From the NCBI GenBank assembly GCA_013289955.1, contig JABCYZ010000019.1, positions 28,090-92,089 of the forward strand: a stretch of DNA of 64,000 bases, read 5' to 3'. The position numbers were made by a program, and so were the translations under genes. The notes below the pieces were generated by a model that ran no database searches, was not told where the DNA came from, and saw nothing but the letters and a program-made list of their open reading frames with translations. Source of the DNA: Acidobacteriota bacterium (GTDB lineage Bacteria > Acidobacteriota > Terriglobia > Acidiferrales > UBA7541). Below are positions 17,508 to 28,124 of the stretch, piece after piece; position 1 is the first letter of the stretch, and every line of letters starts with the position of its first letter.

Positions 17508-19079
17508 TCAGTGCAGGAAGTGGCGTACTCCCGTGAAGACCATGGCCATTCCGAGACGGTCGGCAGCGGCGATCACATCGTTGTCGCGCACGGAGCCTCC
17601 GGGTTGAATCACGGCGGCGGCGCCGGCACGGGCGGCTTCTTCAACGCCGTCGGGGAACGGGAAAAAAGCATCCGAGGCGACGACGCTGCCGGCGAGGGGA
17701 GACTGCGCTTTCATGACCGCGATCTTTACGGAATCGACGCGGCTCATCTGGCCCGCACCGACACCGAGTGTCGCGCCGTCTTTTGCGAAAACGATAGCAT
17801 TGGATTTGACGTGCTTCGAGACTTTCCAGGCGAAGCGCATGGTTTGCATTTCCGCCTGCGTCGGCGCGCGCTTTGTCACGATCTTCAGCTCGGACTCAAC
17901 GATTTCGCCCTGGTCCGGCTGCTGCACGAGAACACCTCCAAGGATGCGCTTGAGCTGGAGTTCGCGCTCGGGATCGAGGCCGTTCGGAGGCAGTTCGAGC
18001 AACCGCAAATTCTTTTTCGAGGCGAAGATAGCCTTGGCCTCCGCCTCAAAGCCCGGGGCGGCAATGCATTCGACGAAGAGCTTCGCTACTTCTTCGGCGG
18101 TTCGGGCGTCGATCAAGCGGTTGAAGGCCAAGACGCCTCCGAACGCGGAAACCGGGTCGGTGGCGAGCGCTTTCAGGTAGGCATCGAGGAGCGTCTCGCG
18201 CTCGGCCGTGCCGCAGGGAGTGTTGTGTTTGACGATGACCGCGGCGGGCTGGCGGAATTCGGCGGCGAGGCTGCGGGCGGCTTCGAGGTCGACATAATTG
18301 TTGTAGGAGAGCTCTTTGCCTTGGAGCTGTCTTGCGGCTGCCAGGCCGGCGGGCGCGGTTCCGGCTGGGATATAGAGTGCTGCGGCTTGATGGGGATTTT
18401 CTCCGTAACGCAGGGAATCTTTCTTCTGAAGCGCGATATGCACGCGTTCCGGGAGGAGAGGCTTCTCGCCCAGTGTCAATCGTCCGGCGGCGGCCGAGAG
18501 ACGTTCGAGCTCCGTGGTGATCATGCCGTCGTACCGCGACGTGGTCGCAAATACTTTGCGCGCCAGTTCCAGGCGCGTGGGCAGCGAAGTCTCGCCGGCC
18601 GCTTCGAGCTCTTCCGCCACTCGCCCGTAATCGGCGGGATCGGTTACGACCGTGACGCTTTCGAGATTTTTCGCGGCCGAGCGCAACATTGTGGGACCGC
18701 CGATGTCGATATTTTCGATGAGCTCTTCGGGAGTCAAACCTTGCTTTGCGGCAGTGGCTTCAAACGGGTAGAGATTCACGACCACGAGGTCAATCGGCGC
18801 GATGCCGTGTTCGGCCGCTTGCTTCTGGTCCTCGGCGTGTTTGCGGCGATAGAGCAGGCCGCCGTGAACCTTTGGGTGCAGCGTCTTTACGCGGCCGCCA
18901 AGCATCTCGGGCCAGCCGGTAAAGTCGGCCACGTCGCGCACTGTGACGCCGGCTTCGCGCAGCAGCTTCGAGGTGCCGCCTGTCGAAAGGATTTCGATCT
19001 CCAGACCGGCAAGCCGCTTGGCAAACTCCACGATCCCCGTTTTATCAAACACGCTGATGAGCGCGCGCTCCACGGCCAT
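17508..19079 (-). CDS. purH: Bifunctional AICAR transformylase/IMP cyclohydrolase
   Basis: [53 protein letters not shown] and SDAFFPF. Confidence 0.98.
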   Translation of the reverse strand: MAVERALISVFDKTGIVEFAKRLAGLEIEILSTGGTSKLLREAGVTVRDVADFTGWPEMLGGRVKTLHPKVHGGLLYRRKHAEDQKQAAEHGIAPIDLVVVNLYPFEATAAKQGLTPEELIENIDIGGPTMLRSAAKNLESVTVVTDPADYGRVAEELEAAGETSLPTRLELARKVFATTSRYDGMITTELERLSAAAGRLTLGEKPLLPERVHIALQKKDSLRYGENPHQAAALYIPAGTAPAGLAAARQLQGKELSYNNYVDLEAARSLAAEFRQPAAVIVKHNTPCGTAERETLLDAYLKALATDPVSAFGGVLAFNRLIDARTAEEVAKLFVECIAAPGFEAEAKAIFASKKNLRLLELPPNGLDPERELQLKRILGGVLVQQPDQGEIVESELKIVTKRAPTQAEMQTMRFAWKVSKHVKSNAIVFAKDGATLGVGAGQMSRVDSVKIAVMKAQSPLAGSVVASDAFFPFPDGVEEAARAGAAAVIQPGGSVRDNDVIAAADRLGMAMVFTGVRHFLH

Positions 19080-19261
19080 GAATTCCTCCCGAAAAAGAAA
19101 AGCACAACAGTGTATCGGCCTGGAGGAAATTCGGAAAGTGGGAAGGGCATGGGCGCGGGTCGAGCTGTTGAAATCGGGATCCTGGCGCCCAGAACCACAA
19201 CTCGATGACTTGAACCGCGAAGGACGTTTCTACCGGGCGCTTGGATCGAGAATCGCTGCTC

Positions 19262-19894
19262 TCAGGCTTTGACGAGGGCTTTCAGCTTGACCTGGCCGTC
19301 GATGACTTCGACGACGTACTCGACATCGCGGCAATTCTTCTGCTTCTGTAAATCCTTGGTCTTTTTCAAGACAAATTCGTTAAAGCTGGAGCGCGAGAGC
19401 TTTCCGGTCTCTTCTCCCGCTTGTTGCTTGGCTTGCAGAAACGCCTGATAGAGCTGGTCGACTTTTTCCGCTTCGCGCTCCGGCTCCGAGCAGGTCACAC
19501 GAAACGAGCCTTGGGCCGCGGCTGCCGCGACCTGCGCCGGAGCTGCGGGAGCTTCGGCGGTCTTCTCGGGATTTTTGTGCGCGCGCTCGGCCTCAATGGC
19601 CTTCGCGGCTGCGCCGAAGTGACGCTGAATTTTTCCTTCTTCCTTATTCTGCGTTCTCTTGCGGAAAATATCCTTGTATTTGGCGTAGGTCTGGGTGAGG
19701 TTGTTCAGGCGGAATCGCTGACCGTACTTCAGATCGCCGCCGCGCTCGGCGTAGCGCTTGATCACCAATTCAATACGCCACTCGATTTCGGTAGGGGGTC
19801 GCTTTCTGCCGCCGCCGAAGTACTGGTCGTATTCAATTTTGAGCTGGCGGATGTCGCGTTCAAGCTGCGCCAGTTCTTCGTCGATGGTCGCCAT
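19262..19894 (-). CDS. Conserved hypothetical protein resembling the MXAN_5187 C-terminal domain family
   Basis: N-terminal LERDIRQLKIEYDQYFGG..RPP and C-terminal LYQAFLQAK..GE..VEYVVEVIDGQVKLKA. Family recalled from memory, not searched. Confidence 0.6.
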   Translation of the reverse strand: MATIDEELAQLERDIRQLKIEYDQYFGGGRKRPPTEIEWRIELVIKRYAERGGDLKYGQRFRLNNLTQTYAKYKDIFRKRTQNKEEGKIQRHFGAAAKAIEAERAHKNPEKTAEAPAAPAQVAAAAAQGSFRVTCSEPEREAEKVDQLYQAFLQAKQQAGEETGKLSRSSFNEFVLKKTKDLQKQKNCRDVEYVVEVIDGQVKLKALVKA

Positions 19895-20072
19895 GGGTGC
19901 GAAAGCCCCTGTATTAGCATGCTAGGGGGACAAGGCGAAGCCGTCAACCAGAGCAGTTGAGCGGCGCTGCGGATTGTGTATCCCACCTCGTCGGGGCGCC
20001 GGTGAGAGCGGCAGGCGCGCGGCTGGAGAATGCTTGATTGCCGAGTGGAGGGGTGTGTGCTGAAATAAGGGC

Positions 20073-21521
20073 ATGGAAGCGCGCGCGAAACAGACTCTGT
20101 CTGGCGAGCAGGCGGAGTTGCTGCGGCAAATTCCTTCGGTGGACGAGTTGCTGGCCCGGCCGCGTCTTCTGGCGCTCGCGGGGCGCGCGGATCGCGCGCT
20201 GCTCGTGGATGTTACTCGCACGGTCCTCGCTGAGCTGCGCTCGCGCATTACGGATCAGGTGAAATCGGCGGTGCTCGGCGAACTCTCGCTGCTGGCCGCC
20301 GACCCGGCTTCGCTCGAAGAGCACATCGGCTCATTTGTCGAACGCATTCTTGCCCGTTCGCTTCAGCCGGTGATTAACGCTACCGGCGTGATACTCCACA
20401 CCAATCTCGGGCGCGCTCCGCTTTCTCCGGCGGTGGTCGAGGAATTTCGACGCACCGCGACGCAATACACGAATCTCGAATACGATTTGGAAGCGGGGGC
20501 TCGGGGCAGACGCGACGTCCACACGTCGTCGCTCCTCGAGCGGCTGACGGGGGCGGAAGCAGCCATCGTCGTAAACAATTGCGCTGCGGCGGTGCTGCTT
20601 GTGCTTGCTGCATTGGCGAAGGGCAGCGAGGTGATCGTTTCGCGCGGCGAGTTGATTGAGATTGGCGACGGCTTTCGTATTCCGGAGATCATGGCGGAAA
20701 GCGGAGCAGTGCTGCGGGAAGTTGGCACCACGAATCGGACGCGGCTCGCCGACTACGAAAACGCCATCAACGAAAAAACGCGTTTGCTGCTGCGCGTGCA
20801 TCCTTCGAATTTCAGCATCGCTGGATTTGCCGAAAAACCGGCGCTCGAAGAATTGGCGGCGCTGGGCCGGCGGACTGGGCTTCCGCTTGTCGAGGATCTC
20901 GGATCGGGTTGTCTCGCCGATCTCACCCTAAGCGGAATTTCCGAGCCCCTCGTCCGGCAAAGCATCGAGGCGGGCGTATCGATTGTGATGTTTAGCGGCG
21001 ACAAACTGCTGGGCGGGCCGCAGGCGGGGATCATTGCCGGAGGAAAAGAGCTCGTCATGCGCGTGCGGCGGCATCCGCTGTTTCGCGCGCTGCGTGTCGA
21101 CAAGCTGACGACGGTGGCGCTCGAAGCTACTCTCGGCGCGTATCTGCGCTCGGGTTGGGACGAGATCCCGGCGTTGCGAATGATTCAGACGAGCGCGGCA
21201 GAGCTCGAACGGCGTTCCGAGAATCTTCTCGGCGAGCTGCGGCCCGGACTGCCGCCGGGGGAAGTGGAGATGGAAATTGTGGATGGCACTTCTTTGGCGG
21301 GCGGCGGATCTACTCCAGCACAGGCGCTGCCCACAAGGATTATTCGGATTGCCAGTGCGCGCTATTCCGCGGGGCAACTGGAACAGCGGCTGCGCCGCGC
21401 CCCCGCTGGAATCTCGGTGATCGCGCGCGTCGAAAGCGACCGGTTGGTTCTCGATCTAAGAACCGTATTCCCGGAGCAAGAACCGCTGCTCCTAGAGACA
21501 CTCGCCGCTGTGCTGCACTGA
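20073..21521 (+). CDS. selA: L-seryl-tRNA(Sec) selenium transferase
   Basis: VINATGVILHTNLGRAPL, NLEYDL, SRGELIEIGDGFRIP, EVGTTNRT and PLP-Lys motif FSGDKLLGGPQAG. Confidence 0.96.
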   Translation: MEARAKQTLSGEQAELLRQIPSVDELLARPRLLALAGRADRALLVDVTRTVLAELRSRITDQVKSAVLGELSLLAADPASLEEHIGSFVERILARSLQPVINATGVILHTNLGRAPLSPAVVEEFRRTATQYTNLEYDLEAGARGRRDVHTSSLLERLTGAEAAIVVNNCAAAVLLVLAALAKGSEVIVSRGELIEIGDGFRIPEIMAESGAVLREVGTTNRTRLADYENAINEKTRLLLRVHPSNFSIAGFAEKPALEELAALGRRTGLPLVEDLGSGCLADLTLSGISEPLVRQSIEAGVSIVMFSGDKLLGGPQAGIIAGGKELVMRVRRHPLFRALRVDKLTTVALEATLGAYLRSGWDEIPALRMIQTSAAELERRSENLLGELRPGLPPGEVEMEIVDGTSLAGGGSTPAQALPTRIIRIASARYSAGQLEQRLRRAPAGISVIARVESDRLVLDLRTVFPEQEPLLLETLAAVLH

Positions 21522-21734
21522 TTCATGGTTCGACCGCCGCTGCTTTGCTGATTTTTCCTTTTCCGGGGCTCTTGCTTCTGCGGGCGCTCCGGGTTCTTTT
21601 CCTTTCAAGATGAAACTCGAACGGCGCTTCGCGCGTCCTACGGAATGTTTCGGGCGAGTGGACGGATTCGCCCGGAACGCTGTCACACCCCTGGTTGCCT
21701 GAAAAATGTTGTGGAAAAAAAAGGAGAGAAGAGA

Positions 21735-23300
21735 ATGAGGAGAGATTGGTGCGTCCTCGCAGGAATCGTTTTTTCGGCCGGCATGGCAACGGCAGCTGCG
21801 CAGCAGCCGACAGTGCCTTCCGGCCAGCAGCCCCCGCAACAGCAGCAGCGCACGCGCACTCCAGCGGAACCGGCGGCACCAGGCGAAGGCGCGCAGGGCA
21901 AAAAAGAACGGCCTCCCGTCGCTGAAGAGAAGTCCGTGGTCACGCACCATTCGGCGCGCATCGGCGGACAAACGATCAACTACACGGCGACGGCTGCGAC
22001 GTACAACATCAAGGCGGATGACGGCACTGTGAAAGCAACGATGTTTTATGTTGCTTACACGAAGGATGGAGTGGCTGATCCGGCGAAGCGTCCTGTGAGC
22101 TTTGTTTACAACGGCGGGCCGGGGTCCGCTTCCCTCTTCACGCACATGGGCATGGGGCCGAAGCGCGTGGTGCTGACCGCCGATGGCCACGGGATGCCCG
22201 CTCCGTATACCACCACCGATAACGAAGATTCTTTTCTGGACTCCACGGACCTCGTTTTCATCGATGCGATTTCCACGGGCTACAGCCGGCCCGCACCGGG
22301 CGAGGCTACGGCGCAATTTCACGGCATCATCGAAGATGCAAACTGGTTTGCCGATTTCATCTACCAGTACATTACGCGGACCGAGCGCTGGGCCTCGCCG
22401 AAATTCTTGATTGGCGAGAGCTACGGAACGACGCGTTCCGCCGAACTTGCGGGAGTGATTCAAGAACGCCACCAGATCTACTTGAACGGGATTGCCCTGC
22501 TTTCTTCCGTGGCTTTCACGAATTGGGGAGCCGACAATCGAACGATTTTCTTTTTGCCGACCTACGTGACCACCGCCTGGTATCACCACCTGTTGTCTTC
22601 AGACCTGGAAAGCCTGCCTGTCGACCAGGTGGCGCAAAAAGCCCGCGAATTCGCGCACGGCGAATATGCGCAGGCCCTCGAAAAAGGCGACCAGCTTTCG
22701 CGAGCAGAGCACCAGAAGGTGGTCGAAGATCTCGCGCACTACACCGGGCTTTCCACCAAGTTCATCGAAGAGGCCAACCTGCGCGTGAGCCCGTTCCGCT
22801 GGTTCAAAGAACTGGAACGCGATAAGCGTCTGACGATCGGGCGGCTGGATTCGCGTTTCGAGGGCATGGAAGCCGATGCCGCCGGCGAGCGCGTCGAATA
22901 CGACCCGAGCGAGGCGTCCTACGAGGGCGCGTTCGTTGCGACATTTCACGACTATGTCCGGCGCGAATTGAAGTGGGACAGCGACGCGTACTACACCGTG
23001 AGCGCCAACGTCCGTCCGTGGGACCAGACCGGAAATACGGAAGTGGCGGAAGTTCTGCGCGCGGCGATGACCCAGCAAACGTATTTGAAAGTGCTGGTTC
23101 TCTGCGGCTACTACGACGTGGCGACACCGTTCAACGGGATTGAAAATACCTTCTCGCACATGAATCTCGAGCCGCCTGTCCGCAAGAACGTGAGTTTCGC
23201 GTACTACGAAGGCGGCCACATGATGTACATCGATGAAACCCAGCACCATAAGCTGCACAAAGACATCGATGACTTCATCAACGCGGGCTACCCGCACTAA
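21735..23300 (+). CDS. Exported S10 family serine carboxypeptidase
   Basis: Signal peptide; YNGGPGSAS, GESYG (Ser) and YEGGHMMY (His). Confidence 0.92.
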   Translation: MRRDWCVLAGIVFSAGMATAAAQQPTVPSGQQPPQQQQRTRTPAEPAAPGEGAQGKKERPPVAEEKSVVTHHSARIGGQTINYTATAATYNIKADDGTVKATMFYVAYTKDGVADPAKRPVSFVYNGGPGSASLFTHMGMGPKRVVLTADGHGMPAPYTTTDNEDSFLDSTDLVFIDAISTGYSRPAPGEATAQFHGIIEDANWFADFIYQYITRTERWASPKFLIGESYGTTRSAELAGVIQERHQIYLNGIALLSSVAFTNWGADNRTIFFLPTYVTTAWYHHLLSSDLESLPVDQVAQKAREFAHGEYAQALEKGDQLSRAEHQKVVEDLAHYTGLSTKFIEEANLRVSPFRWFKELERDKRLTIGRLDSRFEGMEADAAGERVEYDPSEASYEGAFVATFHDYVRRELKWDSDAYYTVSANVRPWDQTGNTEVAEVLRAAMTQQTYLKVLVLCGYYDVATPFNGIENTFSHMNLEPPVRKNVSFAYYEGGHMMYIDETQHHKLHKDIDDFINAGYPH

Positions 23301-23345
23301 ACGGGACTGGACTCGTGCGGCGAAAATACGGCAACATGAGCGACC

Positions 23346-24350
23346 GTGCTCGCCTTTTCTGTCTCCGCCGAGAGACTCAAAGCTGTCTCCAAGCCCTTGC
23401 CGAAGCTGCGGCCCGGTTGGGCGCTGATTCGCGTCCGGCTTGCCGGCATCTGCAATACCGACGTCGAGATCCTGCGCGGCTATCATGCGTTTCGCGGCAC
23501 GCCAGGGCATGAATTCGTCGGGGAAGTGGCCGACGTTCAAGGCGTTTCCGGCGCGCTGACGAAAAAATGGCTGGGCAGGCGCGTTGTTGGCGAAATCAAC
23601 GTGTCCTGCTCGGCTTACGGCTACCGGCCGGTTTGCGCCTTTTGCCGGCGCGGATGGAAAACTCACTGCTCGCGGCGCACGGTGCTCGGCATCGTGGCGC
23701 ATGACGGAGCTTTTGCAGAGTACCTGGCCCTGCCGCTCGAAAATCTGCATGTCGTCCCGGATTCTGTCAGCGACGAACAGGCTGTGTTTGCCGAGCCTCT
23801 TGCCGCGGCTTCTGAAATTCTCGAACAGGTGCACGCCAAGCAATTCCGCGAAGCGGCTGTGCTCGGCGATGGCAAGCTTGCGCAATTGATCGCGCTGGTT
23901 CTCTCTACAGCGGTGCCGCGCGTCGCCATGTACGGCAAGTACGAAAGGAAGCTGGCTCTCGCGCGCCGCGCCGGGATCCTAACAAAAAAAGTGCGTGGCG
24001 AGGCCTCTGACCTGAAGCGGGTGAAAGAAAGTTACGGCTTGCTAGTCGAAGCGACCGGCTCGCCTACGGGGTTCGCGCTGGCGCAACAAATGACCGAACC
24101 GCGAGGCACTCTCGTTCTGAAATCCACGTTTCATGGCGCCGCTCGTATCGAAACCTGGCCCATCGTCGTCAAGGAACTTACCGTCCTCGGCTCGCGCTGC
24201 GGCCCGTTCAGGAGAGCGATCGCTTTGCTCGGCTCCGGCAAAGTCGACCCCACCGCGCTCATCACCCGCACATTCCCAATGAAGGAAGCGGCTGGAGCGA
24301 TCCGCTTCGCTCAGAAATCCGGGGTGATGAAAGTTTTGCTGAAGGCCTAA
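23346..24350 (+). CDS. Zn-dependent medium-chain alcohol dehydrogenase-like protein
   Basis: GICNTD, GHEFVG, structural Cys cluster C-x8-C-x2-C-x7-C, VLGDGKL and LGSRCGPF. Confidence 0.88.
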   Translation: MLAFSVSAERLKAVSKPLPKLRPGWALIRVRLAGICNTDVEILRGYHAFRGTPGHEFVGEVADVQGVSGALTKKWLGRRVVGEINVSCSAYGYRPVCAFCRRGWKTHCSRRTVLGIVAHDGAFAEYLALPLENLHVVPDSVSDEQAVFAEPLAAASEILEQVHAKQFREAAVLGDGKLAQLIALVLSTAVPRVAMYGKYERKLALARRAGILTKKVRGEASDLKRVKESYGLLVEATGSPTGFALAQQMTEPRGTLVLKSTFHGAARIETWPIVVKELTVLGSRCGPFRRAIALLGSGKVDPTALITRTFPMKEAAGAIRFAQKSGVMKVLLKA

Positions 24351-24361
24351 GTCGGCTGTAC

Positions 24362-25117
24362 CTACAACCGGTTGATGCAGGACGCTACGCAGGCCGCGCC
24401 GAAACCATTGTCGATGTTCACGACGGTCACATTGGATGCGCAGGAATTGAGCATGCCCAGCAGCGCGGCGACGCCGCCAAAACTCGCGCCATAACCAACG
24501 CTGGTGGGAACCGCAATCACCGGCACCGCAACCAGTCCACCGACAACGCTCGGCAGCGCGCCTTCCATTCCAGCGACGCAGATAATCACGCGTGCTTCGG
24601 TTAGTTTTTCGCGATGCTCCAGAAGCCTGTGAATGCCCGCCACACCGACGTCGTAAAGATATTCGACGCGGTTGCCCATCATTCGCGCTGTGAGAAGCGC
24701 TTCTTCGGCGACGGGCATGTCGCTTGTGCCAGCGGAAACGACGATGATCGTTCCCTTGCCCGTAATCTCCTTGCTGCGCTCGATCGCAATCACTCCGGAC
24801 GATGCGTGGTAGTTCGCGCCTCGACTCGCGCGCTTTACGGCTCTAAAGGTCTTGGCATCCGCCCGCGTCACAAGAATATTCTGATGCGAGTCTTTCTGCC
24901 GCAGCATGGCGCGAACGATTCCCGCTACTTGCGCCGGTGTCTTGCCCTTGCCAAAAACCACTTCCGCGAACCCCTGACGCAGCGCGCGGTGATGATCTAC
25001 TTTGGCGAATCCCAAATCCTCAAACGGCAGATGCTTCAGCCGCTCGGCGGCCTTTTCGGGAGAAAAAGCGCCGAGCTTCACCAATTCCAGAATTTTCAAC
25101 AATTCCTGCTGGTTCAT
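24362..25117 (-). CDS. larB: Nickel-pincer cofactor biosynthesis carboxylase/hydrolase LarB
   Basis: [54 protein letters not shown] and [10 protein letters not shown]. Confidence 0.93.
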   Translation of the reverse strand: MNQQELLKILELVKLGAFSPEKAAERLKHLPFEDLGFAKVDHHRALRQGFAEVVFGKGKTPAQVAGIVRAMLRQKDSHQNILVTRADAKTFRAVKRASRGANYHASSGVIAIERSKEITGKGTIIVVSAGTSDMPVAEEALLTARMMGNRVEYLYDVGVAGIHRLLEHREKLTEARVIICVAGMEGALPSVVGGLVAVPVIAVPTSVGYGASFGGVAALLGMLNSCASNVTVVNIDNGFGAACVASCINRL

Positions 25118-25216
25118 ATGGTTTGACCGCGGCAAATTCTATCACTGCATGGGCCTTCCTCCGCAGCTTGACTTGGCCGGAATCGGCTGCGAGACTGATT
25201 CCACTCACACAGAAAC

Positions 25217-25852
25217 ATGCCAGACACCCTAAAACAAGTCGTAACCGTAGGTGTGACCGGGGCAAGCGGCGCCCTTCTCGCGCAAAAAGCACTCGAATTG
25301 CTTGAGCGAGATTCGCGTGTGGCGCGCATCCATCTGGTCGTTACCGAAGCCGGTCAGCGCCTGTTCGCCGAAGAACTTGCGATTGCCTCCGGCGATTTGA
25401 AGCAACTGCCTGGCCGGCTTCTCGGCCGCCCCACGGCAAAAATCGAACTCTTGCCAAACAAAGATATCGGGGCTTCCATCGCCTCGGGCAGCTACGCTGT
25501 GGATTCGATGATTGTCGTCCCGTGCTCCATGGGCACGCTCGCGGCGATCGCCAGCGGCGTGAGCGACGATCTTGTTTCTCGCGCTGCGGACGTCATGCTC
25601 AAAGAAAACCGCAAGCTTGTTCTCTGCGTCCGCGACACGCCGTTCAGCCGGATTCATCTGGAAAATATGGTGCGCGCGCAGCAAGCGGGCGCGGTGATCA
25701 TGCCGGCAATCCCGGCGTTCTATCATCACCCGCAAACGATCGACGACCTCGTCACGCAGTATATTTTTCGGGTTCTCGCACAGATCAATCTTCGTCAGGA
25801 AAATATGTACCGCTGGACCGGCCAGCCCAGCGCCAAAAAGGCGGAGGCCTAA
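25217..25852 (+). CDS. ubiX: Flavin prenyltransferase UbiX family
   Basis: GVTGASG, ASIASGS, VPCSMGTL, RAADVMLKE, RDTP and MPAIPAFY. Confidence 0.94.
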   Translation: MPDTLKQVVTVGVTGASGALLAQKALELLERDSRVARIHLVVTEAGQRLFAEELAIASGDLKQLPGRLLGRPTAKIELLPNKDIGASIASGSYAVDSMIVVPCSMGTLAAIASGVSDDLVSRAADVMLKENRKLVLCVRDTPFSRIHLENMVRAQQAGAVIMPAIPAFYHHPQTIDDLVTQYIFRVLAQINLRQENMYRWTGQPSAKKAEA

Positions 25853-25859
25853 TCCCAGA

Positions 25860-26741
25860 ATGCCTGGACGCATCCGCACCGTGCTCGAGATGATCAAGTT
25901 TGAGCACTCCATCTTCGCGCTTCCGTTTGCACTGACGGGAGCGCTCCTGGCCGCGCGCGCTACGCATCAGCCGCCGAAAGGCTGGCCTACACTTCGCCAG
26001 TTTTTCTGGATTATCGTCGCGATGGTTGCGGCGCGTTCGGCCGCCATGACCATGAACCGCATCGCGGATGTGCGCTTCGACAAAGAAAATCCACGCACAC
26101 AAAAGCGCGCTCTCGCAACCGGCGCCCTCTCCCTTTCTTTTGCGTGGCTCTTCACGATCGTTGCGGTTGCGGTGTTTTTTGTCGCCGCTCGGCAGCTCAA
26201 TGTGCTGGCACTGAAGCTAGCGCCGCTGGCCATCGCGATTTTGTTTTTTTACTCATTCACCAAGCGCTTTACAAACTGGTCGCATCTGTTTCTGGGCTTC
26301 GCGCTCGGCATTTCACCCGCAGCCGCATGGATTGCCATCACCGGCAGTCTCGACTGGCGCATGCTGATTCTTTGCGCTGCGGTGACGATGTGGGTCGGCG
26401 GTTTCGATGTGCTTTACGCGTGCCAGGATGTCGACTACGACCAGCGAGCGGGCCTCTATTCGGTTCCCAGGCGCTTTGGCATCGCGAGCGCTCTGCTCAT
26501 TGCGCGCATCATGCATAGCGGCGTAGTCGCGCTCTTGGCTTGGCTCGCTTATAGTTTTGCGCTGCCGTGGCCGGCATGGGCGGGCATCGGGGTCGTTGCC
26601 GCGCTTCTCGGTTACGAGCATTCGCTTGTCAAACCGGGCGACCTCAGCAAGCTGGACGCTGCGTTTTTCGCCGTGAACGGTTATATTAGTCTATTGTTCC
26701 TGTTGTTCTGGGGCGCTGCGGCAGCGTTTTGGCGCGTGTGA
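25860..26741 (+). CDS. UbiA-family prenyltransferase, futalosine pathway (MqnP-like)
   Basis: MIKFEHSIFALPF, NRIADVRFDKENPRT and FDVLYACQD; multiple TM helices; lies between ubiX and mqnE. Confidence 0.9.
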   Translation: MPGRIRTVLEMIKFEHSIFALPFALTGALLAARATHQPPKGWPTLRQFFWIIVAMVAARSAAMTMNRIADVRFDKENPRTQKRALATGALSLSFAWLFTIVAVAVFFVAARQLNVLALKLAPLAIAILFFYSFTKRFTNWSHLFLGFALGISPAAAWIAITGSLDWRMLILCAAVTMWVGGFDVLYACQDVDYDQRAGLYSVPRRFGIASALLIARIMHSGVVALLAWLAYSFALPWPAWAGIGVVAALLGYEHSLVKPGDLSKLDAAFFAVNGYISLLFLLFWGAAAAFWRV

Positions 26742-26760
26742 ACGTTTCAGCGGATTCAAA

Positions 26761-27918
26761 ATGAGCGAACTGACCATCACAGACCAGCGGTTGAAGCCCA
26801 TCGCGGCAAAAGTCCTCGCGGGCGAACGCTTGAATATGGACGACGGCATCGCCCTCTATCGTTCGCCGGATCTTCTTGCGGTGGGCTGGCTGGCGAACTA
26901 CGTCCGCGAGAAGCGCCACGGCAACATCACCTATTTCAACGTCAATCGGCACATCAATCCGACGAACGTCTGCGTCGCGCACTGCAAACTCTGTGCCTTC
27001 GGTCGCGATCCCGACGCGCCAGGAGCGTACACGTTCGCGCTCGAAGAAATCTACCAGCGCGCGGAACAAGGCGTTCGGGAAGGAGCCACGGAATTTCACA
27101 TTGTCGGCGGCCTCCATCCGGATTTGTCTTTCGATCATTATCTGGAGCTTGTCCGCGGCCTCAAGCAGCGCTGCCCCACCGTGCATATCAAGGCTTTCAC
27201 GATGGTCGAAGTTCATTACTTCTCGCGCATCGCGAAACTCTCCATCGAGGAAGTTTTAGAAAAAATGAAAGCCGCGGGAGTCGATTCCTGCCCCGGCGGG
27301 GGCGCGGAAATTTTTCATCCGCGCGTGCGAAAGATCATCTGCGATCACAAAACCAGCGGCCAGATGTGGCTGAACACCGCAAAAAAGGCCCACGAGGCGG
27401 GCCTTCGTTCCAACGCCACCATGCTTTACGGACACGTCGAGACCGAAGAAGAGCGCGTCGATCACTTGATCAAATTGCGCGAATTGCAGGATGAGACGCA
27501 CGGCTTCGTCACGTTCATTCCGCTGGCGTTTCATCCGGATAACACTGCGCTCTCGCACATTCCTAAGCCGACAGGTTACGCCGATCTCCGCAACATCGCC
27601 GTCGCTCGGCTGCTTCTGGACAATTTCGATCACATCAAGGCGTATTGGATCATGCTTTCGCCGAGCATGGCGCAGATCGCTCTGCGTTTTGGCGCCAACG
27701 ATCTGGACGGCACGGTGGTGGAAGAAAAGATCTATCACGACGCCGGAGCTAAAACGTCGGAGTTCACGCCGCGCGCCGAACTCGAACGCTTGATCCGTGC
27801 CGCAGGCCGCACGCCTGTCGAGCGCGACACGCAATATCGCCCGGTGGACCGCTCGAAGATGCCGCCGCTTCCTCCGGCGCCCCGGCCGGATCTCGTATCC
27901 CTCACCTTAAACGTATAA
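26761..27918 (+). CDS. mqnE: Aminofutalosine synthase (radical SAM)
   Basis: CxxxCxxC (CVAHCKLC), FHIVGG, PGGGAEIF, NATMLYGH, FIPLAF and HIKAYW. Context with ubiX/ubiA. Confidence 0.88.
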   Translation: MSELTITDQRLKPIAAKVLAGERLNMDDGIALYRSPDLLAVGWLANYVREKRHGNITYFNVNRHINPTNVCVAHCKLCAFGRDPDAPGAYTFALEEIYQRAEQGVREGATEFHIVGGLHPDLSFDHYLELVRGLKQRCPTVHIKAFTMVEVHYFSRIAKLSIEEVLEKMKAAGVDSCPGGGAEIFHPRVRKIICDHKTSGQMWLNTAKKAHEAGLRSNATMLYGHVETEEERVDHLIKLRELQDETHGFVTFIPLAFHPDNTALSHIPKPTGYADLRNIAVARLLLDNFDHIKAYWIMLSPSMAQIALRFGANDLDGTVVEEKIYHDAGAKTSEFTPRAELERLIRAAGRTPVERDTQYRPVDRSKMPPLPPAPRPDLVSLTLNV

Positions 27919-28124
27919 GCCCGGGGCGCAGGGTATTTTCCGTGCGACAGGCCACCATTATCCCGGCGAGAAGGGTTTTTGGGGCCGTTCGGTGCCGCAG
28001 CTTGCCCGGATGTATTAGCCCAGGGGAAACCAGGGAAGAGGCAGGTCTCTCGCGTTCATTTAACCTCGGGAAATCTTAAGACTCGCCCCGAAACGCTCGT
28101 GCCCGCCGCCGCAGCTTGCTCCGC

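Noticed and set aside
19080-19261. ZTP (pfl) riboswitch upstream of purH
   Set aside because: The GACUGGCG and CGCCUGGG consensus elements are absent on the coding strand.
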